A stretch of DNA of 63,591 nucleotides, counting the filler, from Malassezia furfur (taxonomy: Eukaryota), in the NCBI GenBank assembly GCA_052055015.1. It is 3 parts of 3 records of this genome, joined end to end, with 100 filler letters (N's around TTAATTAATTAA, not from the genome) between each part and the next. Parts side by side here need not be neighbours in the genome. Positions count along the whole stretch, not along the records: positions 1 to 21,322 come from JBQJIT010000168.1; positions 21,423 to 42,509 come from JBQJIT010000169.1; 1 more part is not named here. One strand, 5' to 3'. Positions within the stretch are counted from its first letter, which is position 1; every line of letters begins with the position of its first letter. The notes beneath the pieces are model-generated. The model searched no databases. It saw only the letters and a program-made list of their open reading frames with translations, and had not been told where the DNA came from. The position numbers and the translations under genes are program-made. Positions 11,125 to 21,449 of this stretch are shown here, piece after piece.

Positions 11125-14100
11125 TTATGTACGGCCTCGGCCCGTGATCTTGAGCTTCTGCGCCTGCTTGGCGTTCTTCTTTCCGGCCACGGATGAGAGC
11201 GGCACATAGGCGTACGGGCTCATGCCGTTCTTTTGCACGTCGCCCGCTGCACGCTTCGCGCGGAAGGTCTCGCCGATCGCCTGCTTCTTGGGCCGCGGGC
11301 GCTTGGCGGCGCGCGCGCCGCCTTCCGGTGCGGGGGTCTCGTCGTCCTCATCGTCGAGGCGCTCATTCGCGCGCGTGCGCTTCGTGTTCTTGTTGAACTT
11401 GACCGCTCCGCCGCGCGTGTGCGTGAAGCCGTCGACGCCCATCTCCTTTTCGAGGTAGGCGCGGCCGGCCATCTGGTCGTCGACCGACGGCTTCGGCGCC
11501 GCCTCAGCCGCCTCGTCGTCCGACTCGACGATGCGCAGGCGGCCGGACGCGTCGACAGGCAGTTTCTTGGCCTCGTCGCCCGGACGGCGCTCCTTGTGCC
11601 CGGCGCGCTTGGCGCGCACGGTCGTTGCGCCACGGTCCAGCAGGTCGAGCGGCACCTCGTCGTCCTCGACGAGGTACGCCTCGTCCTCGCGCGCGCGGCG
11701 GCCCGGCTTGGGCTTGGCGGCACCGCGGCGGCCGCTCGGCGCGTCCTCCTCGTCGGACTCGGATTCGGACGCCGAGCCATACAGTGCCTCTTCGAATGCG
11801 TCCATGCTGCCGGCCCCCGGCGCGCGCTGGAAGGCGTTCGGTGCGTCGTCGTCGTCCTTGTCCGTGGCTGCGGCGCTCTTCTTCCGGCGCGCGCGCTCCT
11901 TGCGCTTGCGGATGTTGGTGATGAGCCGCTTGTTGTCCTCGTCGACATACCGCTCGACGGCCGGCACGCCAAAGCGGCGGATGAGGCGCTCGATGATGTG
12001 GCGCACACGTCCCTTGAAGTGGTTCTTGTGCGCGACCTGCACGCCAATCAGCGCGGGCACGAGCTCACCGAGGTGCGCCTCGACGCGTGGCGTGTCCAGG
12101 ACGACGATCGCGACCTTGGTGAGACCGAGTGCGCTCTTGATGATCTCGCGGTTGGTGCTTTCGAGGTACACCACCATCGTGCTCAGTAGCTCGTCGAGCG
12201 TCTCGACGGGGAGGCGCGCGTGGAACTCGTACAGGAGGCGCGCCAGCGCCGTGATCGACGCGCTAATCATGCGCGGCGTCGCGCCCGCCAGGCCCGCGGC
12301 CACCATCAAGATGTACTCGTTGGCCGACGCAGCGACCTCGGCGTCGGGGCGGCGCAGCACCCCGCCGCGGTCCATGCGCTCGCCGATCGCAACGAGCAGG
12401 GCGTAGGCGGCCTCGCGCGCGCCTTGGTTCGCCTCCTTGGTGCCAAGCACGGCCTCGGGCACCATGGCGCCGAGGATGTGCAGCTCCGCATCGCCCACGA
12501 GCGGCGCCAGCGCACCGAGCAGCAGCAGCCGGTCGCGCACCGCGCCGGCCTGCACGTCGTCGGTGTGCACACCGAGGCGCGCAAGCAGCTCCGCGCACCC
12601 GCGCTCCGCCGAGCCGGCACGCGCAAACAGCGCCGTTGCCTCGCGGCCGCTCAGCAGGCGCGCGAGGATGCGGTACACCTTCTTCTGGATGCCGCCGTCC
12701 TCGATGGCGAGGAGCGCGTCACTGCTCGCGACGTCGTACAGCGACGCGGCGTTGGCGCCGTGCACAAACGGCACAAGCGCCACGAGCAGGTCGAGCATCG
12801 TGTGCGGCAGCGGCGGCACGTACCGCGGCGAGTTGGGTTCCGGCCCGCCCGTGTGCGCCGTGGGGGTGTAGGTGGCGAGCGACTGCTCGAGCATCTGCGC
12901 GACCTTGGTGTAGGTCTGCGTGATGCTCTCGGCGTCGAGGATGCCAAGATAGGTGCCGATGCACTCCATCACGTAGCCGCGCGCCTGCGACGGCAGCTCG
13001 GCGAGCAGGTTGAACAGCGCGGTGAACAGCACGCCGGACAGCGCACGGAGGTGCGCCACGAAGCGCTTCCCTGCCGCCTGGTCCACGCCAAACTGGCGCA
13101 CGAGCTGCGCGGAGGGCGCCTGCGACGCAGCGAGCGCCTCGCTGCGCTGCACGAGCAGCTCAAGGCCCTTGAGCACGCTGGGGCGCAGCGCGCTCTGCGA
13201 GCGCAGCACGTTGATCAGCAGCTCGAGGAACTGCGGCGTGATGGCCGTATCGACGTCGCGCGCCAGCTCGCAGTACGCGGGGAAGCACGCCCAAATCTGC
13301 TCGATAAGCGCTTCAAACACCTTGGCCTCGACGGGCTTCGCGCCGCCCGACTCCGCGGCGATGCGCAGCTCAAACAGCGCCTCGGAGAGCGGCACCAGCG
13401 CGTCGACAAAGTGCTGCAGCTCCGTGTTGGTGATGTGCTCGCGCAGCAGGGGCAACAGCCACGCACGGCCCGTGCCCTGCGTGTTCGGCCGGCGCTGTGC
13501 GTCGAGCAGCTGCAGCGGCAGGCGCTGCAGGAACGCCGCAGGACCGCACGCCTCGATCGCCGCGCCCAGCACGAGGTCCGCCTCGGGGCGCGCGTCAAAG
13601 CCCTTTTGCGTGCGCAGCGTCGCGACGTCCTCCACAACGTCCATCACGAGCGCCTCGGCCGCCGGACGCGCACCGGGGGCCGGTGCGTATCGCAGGCGCG
13701 CAATCAGGCCTGCGAGCACCGCGAGAACATCGGCGCGGGCGTGGGCATAGCGAATCGCATGCCGGCCAAGCGCGTCGCGCAGCGACGCAATGATCTTAGC
13801 GAGCGGCGCCTTGTCGCTTTGGCACGCCTCGCGCACCGCCGCGTCGGGCACCGCGTAGCGCAGCAGCGCCAGCAACGCGTGCCGGCCGGCGGTGCGCACC
13901 TCGGGTGCGTGCCGACTCGCGTCCGACTTGGCCGACAGCGCAAGCTCCATGATGTCCGCCCATACTTGCGGCACAAGCGCCCACGCCTCGCTGCCGTCGC
14001 CGAGCCGCGAGTAGGCCACCATGCACGCCTCGAGCAGCGCGAGGTACGACGGCAGCGTCTGCACGTCGGTGTGTGCAGGCACAATGTCGGGGTTGCGCAG

Positions 14101-15129
14101 CGCCGCAAGCGTCTCACGGAGCATCGTGGCGTCGGGCGCCGCGGCGGGCACCGCACCGGCGGGCACCGTACCGAGCGCCGCAACGTGTGCGCGCGCCGAG
14201 TCGCTTTCCGCGGAGTGCGTCGCAAACAGCGCGGCGAACACGTCAAACACCGCCACGGTCAAGTAGGTGTTCTGCAGCGAAGGCAAATGGAGGAGCTCCT
14301 TCACGAGCGGCTCCACCGTCGCGGGGGGCAGATGCGGCGCGATCATTTTGAGCAGCGCACACACCCAAATGCCCGTGCTTGCGGCACCTTCCGACGCGGC
14401 CTGCTGCCGTGCGACGGCCGCACTCATCGCGTGCTTCGCCTTGCCGCGGCGCTTGTCAAACTCGGGCGCCGACTTGGCGGGCTTGGTGTGGCTCAACCCG
14501 CGCGCGGCCGCGACGCTGTTGAGCACATGAGCTGCCCACTGCACCGTGCGCGGCGCATAGGGGTGGGCATTCTTCCATGCGGGCAGCGCCAACACGTGCG
14601 CCACAAGCTCATGCGCGCGACGGCGCACCTTGGGGCGCGAGTCGACACACAGGTTCAGCGTCAGGTCCCACACAGTGCGCCACGTCTTGTCGTGCTCGAG
14701 TAGCGCACGGTCCGATGTCGGAATCAGTTCGAGAAACACCTCGATGCACCCCAGCGCGGCACGCAGGCGCGCATTGGCATTTTCGCCGCTGTGCGGCTCG
14801 CCGAGCGGCTGAGCGACGGCGGCCAGGAGCGCCTGGCACTTGGCGCGCACGACACCGGGCGCGACAAACGGCAGTACCACCGACAAAAGGTACACCGACG
14901 AGGTGTACACCGACGACTGCGGGTCGTCGTTCGCGGCGAGCAGGCTTTCGAGCGCGAGGAAGTAGTGCGTCGGCCCCGGCTCGTCTCCGCGCTCCGCGAG
15001 TGTCGCCTCGGTCGCAGCAAGCAGCTGCGCCGGGGCGCGCTGGTTCTCCAGCTTGGAATCCTGGTGGTGGCGTACGCGCCCGAGGGCCTCGGCGAGCCCT
15101 GCGCGGCGCTCCACGTCCTCCTCCTGCAT
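11125..15129 (-). CDS. RRP12: Ribosomal RNA processing protein Rrp12 (HEAT repeats, NUC173)
   Basis: DSRPKVRRRA, GRAWLLPLLREHITNTELQHF, QIWACFPAYC, PEAVLGTKEAN and AGDVQKNGMSPYAYVPL. Confidence 0.93.
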   Translation of the reverse strand: MQEEDVERRAGLAEALGRVRHHQDSKLENQRAPAQLLAATEATLAERGDEPGPTHYFLALESLLAANDDPQSSVYTSSVYLLSVVLPFVAPGVVRAKCQALLAAVAQPLGEPHSGENANARLRAALGCIEVFLELIPTSDRALLEHDKTWRTVWDLTLNLCVDSRPKVRRRAHELVAHVLALPAWKNAHPYAPRTVQWAAHVLNSVAAARGLSHTKPAKSAPEFDKRRGKAKHAMSAAVARQQAASEGAASTGIWVCALLKMIAPHLPPATVEPLVKELLHLPSLQNTYLTVAVFDVFAALFATHSAESDSARAHVAALGTVPAGAVPAAAPDATMLRETLAALRNPDIVPAHTDVQTLPSYLALLEACMVAYSRLGDGSEAWALVPQVWADIMELALSAKSDASRHAPEVRTAGRHALLALLRYAVPDAAVREACQSDKAPLAKIIASLRDALGRHAIRYAHARADVLAVLAGLIARLRYAPAPGARPAAEALVMDVVEDVATLRTQKGFDARPEADLVLGAAIEACGPAAFLQRLPLQLLDAQRRPNTQGTGRAWLLPLLREHITNTELQHFVDALVPLSEALFELRIAAESGGAKPVEAKVFEALIEQIWACFPAYCELARDVDTAITPQFLELLINVLRSQSALRPSVLKGLELLVQRSEALAASQAPSAQLVRQFGVDQAAGKRFVAHLRALSGVLFTALFNLLAELPSQARGYVMECIGTYLGILDAESITQTYTKVAQMLEQSLATYTPTAHTGGPEPNSPRYVPPLPHTMLDLLVALVPFVHGANAASLYDVASSDALLAIEDGGIQKKVYRILARLLSGREATALFARAGSAERGCAELLARLGVHTDDVQAGAVRDRLLLLGALAPLVGDAELHILGAMVPEAVLGTKEANQGAREAAYALLVAIGERMDRGGVLRRPDAEVAASANEYILMVAAGLAGATPRMISASITALARLLYEFHARLPVETLDELLSTMVVYLESTNREIIKSALGLTKVAIVVLDTPRVEAHLGELVPALIGVQVAHKNHFKGRVRHIIERLIRRFGVPAVERYVDEDNKRLITNIRKRKERARRKKSAAATDKDDDDAPNAFQRAPGAGSMDAFEEALYGSASESESDEEDAPSGRRGAAKPKPGRRAREDEAYLVEDDEVPLDLLDRGATTVRAKRAGHKERRPGDEAKKLPVDASGRLRIVESDDEAAEAAPKPSVDDQMAGRAYLEKEMGVDGFTHTRGGAVKFNKNTKRTRANERLDDEDDETPAPEGGARAAKRPRPKKQAIGETFRAKRAAGDVQKNGMSPYAYVPLSSVAGKKNAKQAQKLKITGRGRT

Positions 15130-15240
15130 CGTGGATGCCAGGGAGGACCAAAAAAGTTTCTGCACGTGACCGCATCGAATCTCGGCATCGGGCGCACCGC
15201 ATACCGAGGTTCACGTGGTGGTAAGCACCACGACGCTTCG

Positions 15241-18200
15241 ATGGCGAGTGCGGCGCAAGCGACGGTGCGCCCGCCGAGCAACACCGGCTTGGTGGGCCAG
15301 GGGATGACGTACCTTGGCGCCCACGAGCTGAGCAAGCCGTCGGAGCGCTACGTGTACATTTTCTGGATCCTCCTGGCATGCATGGGTCTGGCGCTCGGCA
15401 TCGAGCACCTCGTCGGACTCACGGACCGCACGTTTTTCGGCGCGGTGTGGTGCAAGTGGTCGACGTCAAACCACGTTGCACGGCTGCTGCGTGCACCTCG
15501 CCCCTCTGCGCAGGGCGCGGCGCTGCCGCACACGCGCTCCTTCTTTCGGCGCGCAGTGTCCTTCCTGCAACGCCATGCGTTCCTCTCGTTCAACCTCGGG
15601 CGGCTCACGGCCATCGTCGTCATACTGCTCCCCGTGCTATGCCTGACGTTTATTGGGTACGACTACATCGACCCACGCCGCGGCGTGTTTGAGATGGACA
15701 CGTCGACCAAGACGACGCTGACGAAGCGCAGCGTGGCCTGGGGCATTGGCGACCACACACCCATCTCCTTCCAGAAGCCGAATGGCACGCTGCCCTACCA
15801 TACGTGGTGGACGATCGGGAGCCGCACGGGCGACATGTCGAACGCCCTGACGCCGCTGGTGGTGCTGTTTGCGCTGAAGCAGGTGCCGTTCGCGCTGCTG
15901 GCGCTGCCCATCTTTGGCGGCTTCTCGCTCGACTCGCTCGGCTTCCTGCACAAGTGGGCGGGGTGCCTGCTGTGGGTGTACGCGACCGTGCACACCGTCA
16001 CGTGGCTCATCCAGGTCGCCAAGGACGCGCACCGCATCCCAAACCTCTGGAATATCCTGCTGCATGTACCGCGCTTCCGGTGGGCTGTGTGCGCGTACAT
16101 TTTCTTGACGCTGCTCGTGATCTTTTCCGTGACGCCGTTCCGGCGCGCGCACTACGAGATCTTCTACGTGACGCACATCGTGTGTGTGTTGGGCTTCATG
16201 ATCGCGACGTGGGCGCACCACCCCCAGCTGGGCTGGTGGATGCTGGCGGCGCTGCTGCTGTGGATGCTTGAGCGGCTCACGCGCATCGTGCGCGTGATGT
16301 GGATCAACTACAGTGAGAAGCCCTCGCTGCTGCGCGAGGCGAAGCACACGCCGCTTGCGACCGCGCCGGAGCACGAGCTGTCGACGTACCCCAGCGTGTA
16401 CAGCACCGACGCGCTGAACGCGTCGCGCGCGGATGTCTCAGCGCCGTCGGGCATTGTCACGCCCCTGTTCCCGTACGGCGCAAAGAATGCCTCCATCTCA
16501 GCCGTGGACCTCGGCGCGGAGCCGCTGCCCAAGCTGCCGGTGTCGCACAGTGCGTACAGTCTGCAAGACATCAGCGCGTCGCTGCCCCCGAGCGGCACGA
16601 GCGACGCGCTCGACGCGCCGCCGCACCCCCTTGCGCCCGCGCCGCACGCGTACCCCCCGTCGCCCGACACGCGCAATGCGTGGCGCACCTCGGCAACGCT
16701 GTCGCCGGTGCTCTCCGCCGGTACGCACGCGACCGATGGCGAAGGACGCGAAGGACGGGCGATTCCGGCGTCGGAGCGCGGCGTCACGATGGCGCTCGCT
16801 GCGCCCTTCCGCCCGGTGATCTCGCAGGACCTGCGCATGCAGCTGTTTCCCGGCTACGCGTTTATCCAGCCGCTTGCGGGGCACATGATGCGCCTCGTGC
16901 TGCGCACCGCCTCGCCGCTCCGGTGGCGCCCCGGGCAGTGGCTGTACTTGCAGCTGCCCCGCCTCTCGTGGTTCCAGAGCCACCCGTTCACGATCGCGAG
17001 CTCGTTCACGAAACGCAAGCGCGGGCTTGGCCCGGGCGACGTTGCGGCCGAGGACGACTACGAGCAGCTCGTTTTGCTGCTCATCCGCGTGCGCGGCGGC
17101 CTCACCCGCCGCCTGTGGGAGTATGTGCAGCGCGAGTGCCAGGCGCCGCAGGTTGCCGCGTCATCGCTGTCGCACTCCGCAGCGTTCCCCGTACTGGGCC
17201 GCGAAAAGGTCCCGTCGCAGGTGCGTGGTGTGTACATGCGTGCGATCATCGATGGGCCGTTTGGAAGCAGCGGGCGGATCGACTGGGGCGCGTACCAGAG
17301 TGCGGTGATCGTGTGCGGCGGCTCGGGAGTGTCGTATGGCATGTCGGTGCTCGACCACCTGTGCCGCGAAATTGCGCGTGTGCTGCGTGGCGAAGACGTG
17401 CGGGGCCTGTACGGCCGCCCTTTCCTTCTGCGCCGCGTGTGCTTTGTGTGGGTCATGCGCGAGTTTGCGCATCTGCAGTGGGCTGCGAGTGCGCTGCGGT
17501 TGTGCCTCGAGATGCTTCCGCCGGAGCACTTGCAAGTGCAGATGTATGTCACGCACGTCAACCAGAAGCAGGTTGTGGAGCACCACTCGCCAACGCTCTC
17601 GTCCACCGGCTCGCCGTCGATGCCGACGCATCCGAACGCCGACGCCACGGGCACTGCTGCCGTCTCGTTCTCCGTGCCCGGCACCGGGCAGGACAACGTC
17701 GCGCCCCAGGTGGTGCAGGGCGACGACCTCGACCACATCGCGCTCGGCGGCGACGACCTCACGCAATTCGACCAAGAGGAAGACGAGCCGCTGACGGCAA
17801 TGGACCGCCTCATGAACGAGCACATCATGCGCGAGGGCAAGCTGCGTCGCGCCAAGTCGCGCAAGCGTTCGATCCGCCGCCGGCAGCGTACACGTGCGCC
17901 GTCGCCGCCGCCCGCACCGTCCGCGGGCTATGCGCGGCAGCACGCCGACTGGCAGGCGCGCAACGAGCTGCAAAACGCGCGCAACGCCCCACGAGACGCG
18001 CACGTCGAGCGGCCCATCACCACGCCAGGCTCGCTCATGGCGTTCACCGAGCAAGCGTTTGCCTCGCCGAACGCCACCCCCGGATTTGCCGCGCTGGTGC
18101 CCCCGACGCCGCTCGAGGCGCCCGGCCACGAGGCAAGCTCCGCGGAAACACCCGGTGCGGTACGGGCCATGAGCCCCGCTCCGCTCGTGGCCGGCGGCGC

Positions 18201-18624
18201 GCCGCTGTCGCCGACGATGGGCGTGCAGGACACATCGGGAGAGCCACAAGACTACTTTTCCATCGCGCCGCATGCTGGGGCACCGCCGACGGTCGGCGTG
18301 ACGCCCTTGCCGCGCCATGCGGCCAACGACCACGCGTCGGTGCCGATGCCTCCACCCGAGATGACGGCAAACCTTGATGCGAGTGAGATCAGCGACTTTG
18401 ACGTCGTCGCCGAGCTCACGCGCGCCGGCTACCCCAAGCTCGACGAGATCATTGGGCGCGAGATGGAGCGCGCTGACGGGCGCACAATGACTGCGTGCTG
18501 TGGCCCCGCGGGTCTGCTCGCCGTCGTGCGCGCGATTGTTGCCAAGCACATCAACGTCCATCAGGTATGGCGCGGCGACCTCCGCGGCCACGCCAACCTG
18601 TACGGCGAATCTTATGACACTTAA
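15241..18624 (+). CDS. Long (1127 aa) ferric reductase-like transmembrane flavocytochrome (FRE family)
   Basis: Heme histidines (LHKWAG..TVHT; THIV..WAHHP), RPGQW, HPFT (FAD), DGPFG and CGGSG (NADPH), C-terminal CCGP. Contains long low-complexity inserts. Confidence 0.88.
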   Translation: MASAAQATVRPPSNTGLVGQGMTYLGAHELSKPSERYVYIFWILLACMGLALGIEHLVGLTDRTFFGAVWCKWSTSNHVARLLRAPRPSAQGAALPHTRSFFRRAVSFLQRHAFLSFNLGRLTAIVVILLPVLCLTFIGYDYIDPRRGVFEMDTSTKTTLTKRSVAWGIGDHTPISFQKPNGTLPYHTWWTIGSRTGDMSNALTPLVVLFALKQVPFALLALPIFGGFSLDSLGFLHKWAGCLLWVYATVHTVTWLIQVAKDAHRIPNLWNILLHVPRFRWAVCAYIFLTLLVIFSVTPFRRAHYEIFYVTHIVCVLGFMIATWAHHPQLGWWMLAALLLWMLERLTRIVRVMWINYSEKPSLLREAKHTPLATAPEHELSTYPSVYSTDALNASRADVSAPSGIVTPLFPYGAKNASISAVDLGAEPLPKLPVSHSAYSLQDISASLPPSGTSDALDAPPHPLAPAPHAYPPSPDTRNAWRTSATLSPVLSAGTHATDGEGREGRAIPASERGVTMALAAPFRPVISQDLRMQLFPGYAFIQPLAGHMMRLVLRTASPLRWRPGQWLYLQLPRLSWFQSHPFTIASSFTKRKRGLGPGDVAAEDDYEQLVLLLIRVRGGLTRRLWEYVQRECQAPQVAASSLSHSAAFPVLGREKVPSQVRGVYMRAIIDGPFGSSGRIDWGAYQSAVIVCGGSGVSYGMSVLDHLCREIARVLRGEDVRGLYGRPFLLRRVCFVWVMREFAHLQWAASALRLCLEMLPPEHLQVQMYVTHVNQKQVVEHHSPTLSSTGSPSMPTHPNADATGTAAVSFSVPGTGQDNVAPQVVQGDDLDHIALGGDDLTQFDQEEDEPLTAMDRLMNEHIMREGKLRRAKSRKRSIRRRQRTRAPSPPPAPSAGYARQHADWQARNELQNARNAPRDAHVERPITTPGSLMAFTEQAFASPNATPGFAALVPPTPLEAPGHEASSAETPGAVRAMSPAPLVAGGAPLSPTMGVQDTSGEPQDYFSIAPHAGAPPTVGVTPLPRHAANDHASVPMPPPEMTANLDASEISDFDVVAELTRAGYPKLDEIIGREMERADGRTMTACCGPAGLLAVVRAIVAKHINVHQVWRGDLRGHANLYGESYDT

Positions 18625-18654
18625 TGTACCCCTCCAAGACAATGCTTGTAATGA

Positions 18655-20286
18655 CTACACCACTACATCATGGAACCGACGCACCATGGCGTTGAGCAGG
18701 CTCCCGAAGAAGAGCGCAACGTACGTCGAATAGAACAGAATGATGTTGTACGGCATAGAAAAGTCGGGCACCGCGATGTCCAACAGACTCGGCGGAGCGT
18801 AGAGCCGCTCGGCCTGCACCGCGTGCACGGGGCGGTGGCGGTGCGCGTACGCCCATGCGCGCGTCGGCTGTCCCGTCGCGAGCGGCACAAACACCGCCGG
18901 AGGCAGGTCGATGCCGCGGTGGGGGTCCGGGACATGCTCGTCGTAGTGCAGCACGCGCTTGAGCAGCGTGTAGGTGACGGTCAGCGTGCTTTGTGCCGGT
19001 ACGCGCAGCACCAGTTCCACGGCGCCCGTCTTGCCACGGAGCACTGCGGGGCGGTACGTCGACGCAGTGACGAACGGCGCGTCGTAGTCGTCGCGGTACG
19101 ACACGGCGTCCTCCGGCAAGTCCGCGGGATCGAACGCAAGGGTGGTGCGCAGCGTATGCATGAGTGGCAGCACTTTCCAGGGGATCTGGTCGTAGTACAC
19201 CACTTGCACCGTCTCGGTGGGCAGCGCATTATGCAGCGTCAAGCGCACCAAATTGCGCTCCTGGCCAAACCCGAGCACCTGGCGCGTCGCCTGCAGCGGC
19301 GGCGGCTGCACAAAGGGGCCGCGCAGGGGCGCAGCGATCGACAGCGCCAATGTGCCGTTGTACGGCGCAAGCGACGTTGTATCGTATACCCGCGTCTGCA
19401 TCCGCCTTACCCACGGGCTCGGCACCCAGTCGTCGTCGTCGTCATCATCGTCGTCGTTCGACGCGACGCGCTCGTTCGGCTCCACAACCCACACCTCGCT
19501 CGTGTCCGCCACGGGACACGTCGTCGTCAGGTTGCGCGAGAAAATGTCCGACAGCGTCCAGACGTGCGACTCGTCCGGGAGCGTGGGGGGGCGCATCACG
19601 GTCGTCACGCCCAGTACCACCGTATAGCCCTCGGCCGCGCGGCGCACCTGCACCGACACGCTATGAAACTCGGACGCGAGGATCGTGTGCATCTGGACTA
19701 AGCTCGCAAGCCCCGCGCCACCCTTGCACGGAAGCAGCTTGAGCAACGGCGTGAGGTTTTCCGTGCACACCGACTCGGACGGGAGGTAGGCATGCAGGGC
19801 GGTGGTGTTTTCGGGCGCGTCCGACCAGACATAGCGCGCGGGTATCGTGACCGAAGTCGTTTCTTCAATGGCGTCCAGGGAGGCGCAAAAAGTTCCTGCC
19901 AGTGCCGAGGTAAGCCGCCGCCAGCGCGTCGCGAGTGGCAGCGCAGCGCTTTGATGCGCGTCGCCGAAACTCGCCCAGACCTCGGCGCCGTTCGCGACCG
20001 ATTGGCTGCCGGACGGCGCACCCCACGACGCATACTGCCAGCGGCCTGCGGTGAGTGTTAGCTGGAACGCGTCGACGTCCAGCGATGCGACCGGCTGCAG
20101 CAGCGCGCGGGGCAAGATCCGGAAATGCCGCAGCGACTCGTCGTCGGAATGCATCGCGAACGAGAACGCGGCGTGCACGCGCCCGCCGGGCAGCGTGTGC
20201 AGGTCGAGCGTCTCGTTGAACGACTCGACCGCGGCGGCGCCCAGCGCGGTCGCGCACGCCCACACGGCTGCGACGCCGACGCGCAT
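18655..20286 (-). CDS. GPI16: GPI transamidase component Gpi16/PIG-T
   Basis: Signal peptide, GRWQYASWG, GAEVWA, LAGTFCASL, ESVCTENLTPLLKLLPC and PDFSMPYNII plus TM. Confidence 0.93.
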   Translation of the reverse strand: MRVGVAAVWACATALGAAAVESFNETLDLHTLPGGRVHAAFSFAMHSDDESLRHFRILPRALLQPVASLDVDAFQLTLTAGRWQYASWGAPSGSQSVANGAEVWASFGDAHQSAALPLATRWRRLTSALAGTFCASLDAIEETTSVTIPARYVWSDAPENTTALHAYLPSESVCTENLTPLLKLLPCKGGAGLASLVQMHTILASEFHSVSVQVRRAAEGYTVVLGVTTVMRPPTLPDESHVWTLSDIFSRNLTTTCPVADTSEVWVVEPNERVASNDDDDDDDDDWVPSPWVRRMQTRVYDTTSLAPYNGTLALSIAAPLRGPFVQPPPLQATRQVLGFGQERNLVRLTLHNALPTETVQVVYYDQIPWKVLPLMHTLRTTLAFDPADLPEDAVSYRDDYDAPFVTASTYRPAVLRGKTGAVELVLRVPAQSTLTVTYTLLKRVLHYDEHVPDPHRGIDLPPAVFVPLATGQPTRAWAYAHRHRPVHAVQAERLYAPPSLLDIAVPDFSMPYNIILFYSTYVALFFGSLLNAMVRRFHDVVV

Positions 20287-20328
20287 GGATGGTCGAGGGT
20301 ATCGATGGCACGTGGCCTATGGAGCTAC

Positions 20329-21010
20329 TTAGGAGTCCACGCCAATAACCTGGGTAAGTGCACAGCTTACGTACGTTCATGTGCAGCGGCATGGTGGGGT
20401 ACATGGCCGCAGGGCGATACTTGAGGTACATGGAGGGTTTCATCGAGCCATCAAAGTCGTACAGTTGCAGTTTGTACGTCGGCTGGTTGTAGTGAAGATA
20501 CGTGGTGATCTCGTAACGTTGCATGAATTCCTCCCTGGGTCAGCTGGTACGACGCACTGGTAATAGTAGCCCGTGTAGTCCGTTGAGCTATCGCACGGCT
20601 TCGACACCTGCTGGCGGCCATCCGGCCCAAAGGGCGTCATGGTAATCGAGTTGTTTTGGTGGATGGTGTAGTTGCCATGCTGCCACAGCAGCACCGCAAT
20701 GTAACATCCCGGGTCCGGAACTGTGGGTCAGCACCACGGCACGCAACGTACCACTTGTGTTGAATTTGTAAATGAGCTCCTCATAGTACCCCGTCGAGGA
20801 GGTACGAGGCTGGAAGCTGTAGGCCTGGCCTGTCAGCGGCGGAACAGTGAAGGTGTCGTTGACGATATTGAAGTATTTTTGCCCCGTTTCGACGGCACCT
20901 GACCCAGTGGACCATGTCCCCTCAAGACCGGTATCCGCCACCAATTGAGCAGATACGCCCATACGCAGCAGTGCGGTAAATGCGAGTAACACCCCCCCCA
21001 AGATCTGCAT
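20329..21010 (-). CDS. ROT1: ER chaperone Rot1 family protein (4 exons)
   Basis: Signal peptide, LEGTWSTGSGAVETG, P..TGQAYSF, GYYEE, WQHGNY, PDGRQQVSKPC and YLKYRPAAMYPT. Introns at 20721-20751, 20535-20557 and 20350-20374. Confidence 0.87.
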
Positions 21011-21322
21011 CACTGGCTAGGAACCAACAGGTGGGCGCGACAGAAGGACAAGTAAACAACGCGGGGGGTGGGTGCTATTTTTTTAATATTCATCCCCGAT
21101 TTGGGTCACGGAACTCCGCAACGCCGTCCAACACCACATCACACTCGAACCACACGTGACGCTCTTGGCGCGGCTGGACCGAGCGCAGGCCGCCGTGCAG
21201 GACAACGTGTGCTTGCGGTGCCAAGCGTTTTGTGCGGGGAGCAAAATGGGCAGGAGTGCGACGGCACTGTATTGCCAAGTCAGAGAGCTGCATACGCGAC
21301 GTGCGAGGGGCGGGCCGGGACG

Positions 21323-21422
21323 NNNNNNNNNNNNNNNNNNNNNNNNNNNNNNNNNNNNNNNNNNNNTTAATTAATTAANNNNNNNNNNNNNNNNNNNNNN
21401 NNNNNNNNNNNNNNNNNNNNNN
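21323..21422. other. Scaffold gap (100 nt) with artificial TTAATTAATTAA linker
   Basis: N-run with ttaattaattaa at 21367-21378, which gives stops in all six frames. Confidence 0.95.
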
Positions 21423-21449
21423 ACCTATGCGTATGCGTATAGGAATCAA

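Noticed and set aside
12220..14703. Long antisense ORFs (827 aa here; also 5-910, 39084-41852, 16680-18377 and many others)
   Set aside because: Antisense or alternate-frame shadows of GC-rich real genes; Arg/Ala-rich and without recognisable motifs.
19429..19458. Trinucleotide run in GPI16
   Set aside because: Encodes an ordinary poly-Asp loop.
21068..21322. Short ORFs next to the first gap
   Set aside because: No motif support and truncated by the gap, so they cannot be called.
21367..21378. TTAATTAATTAA palindrome inside N-runs (also 42554-42565)
   Set aside because: Identical 100-nt construct at both gaps with stops in all six frames, so it is an assembly linker and not biology. ORFs ending there are artefacts.
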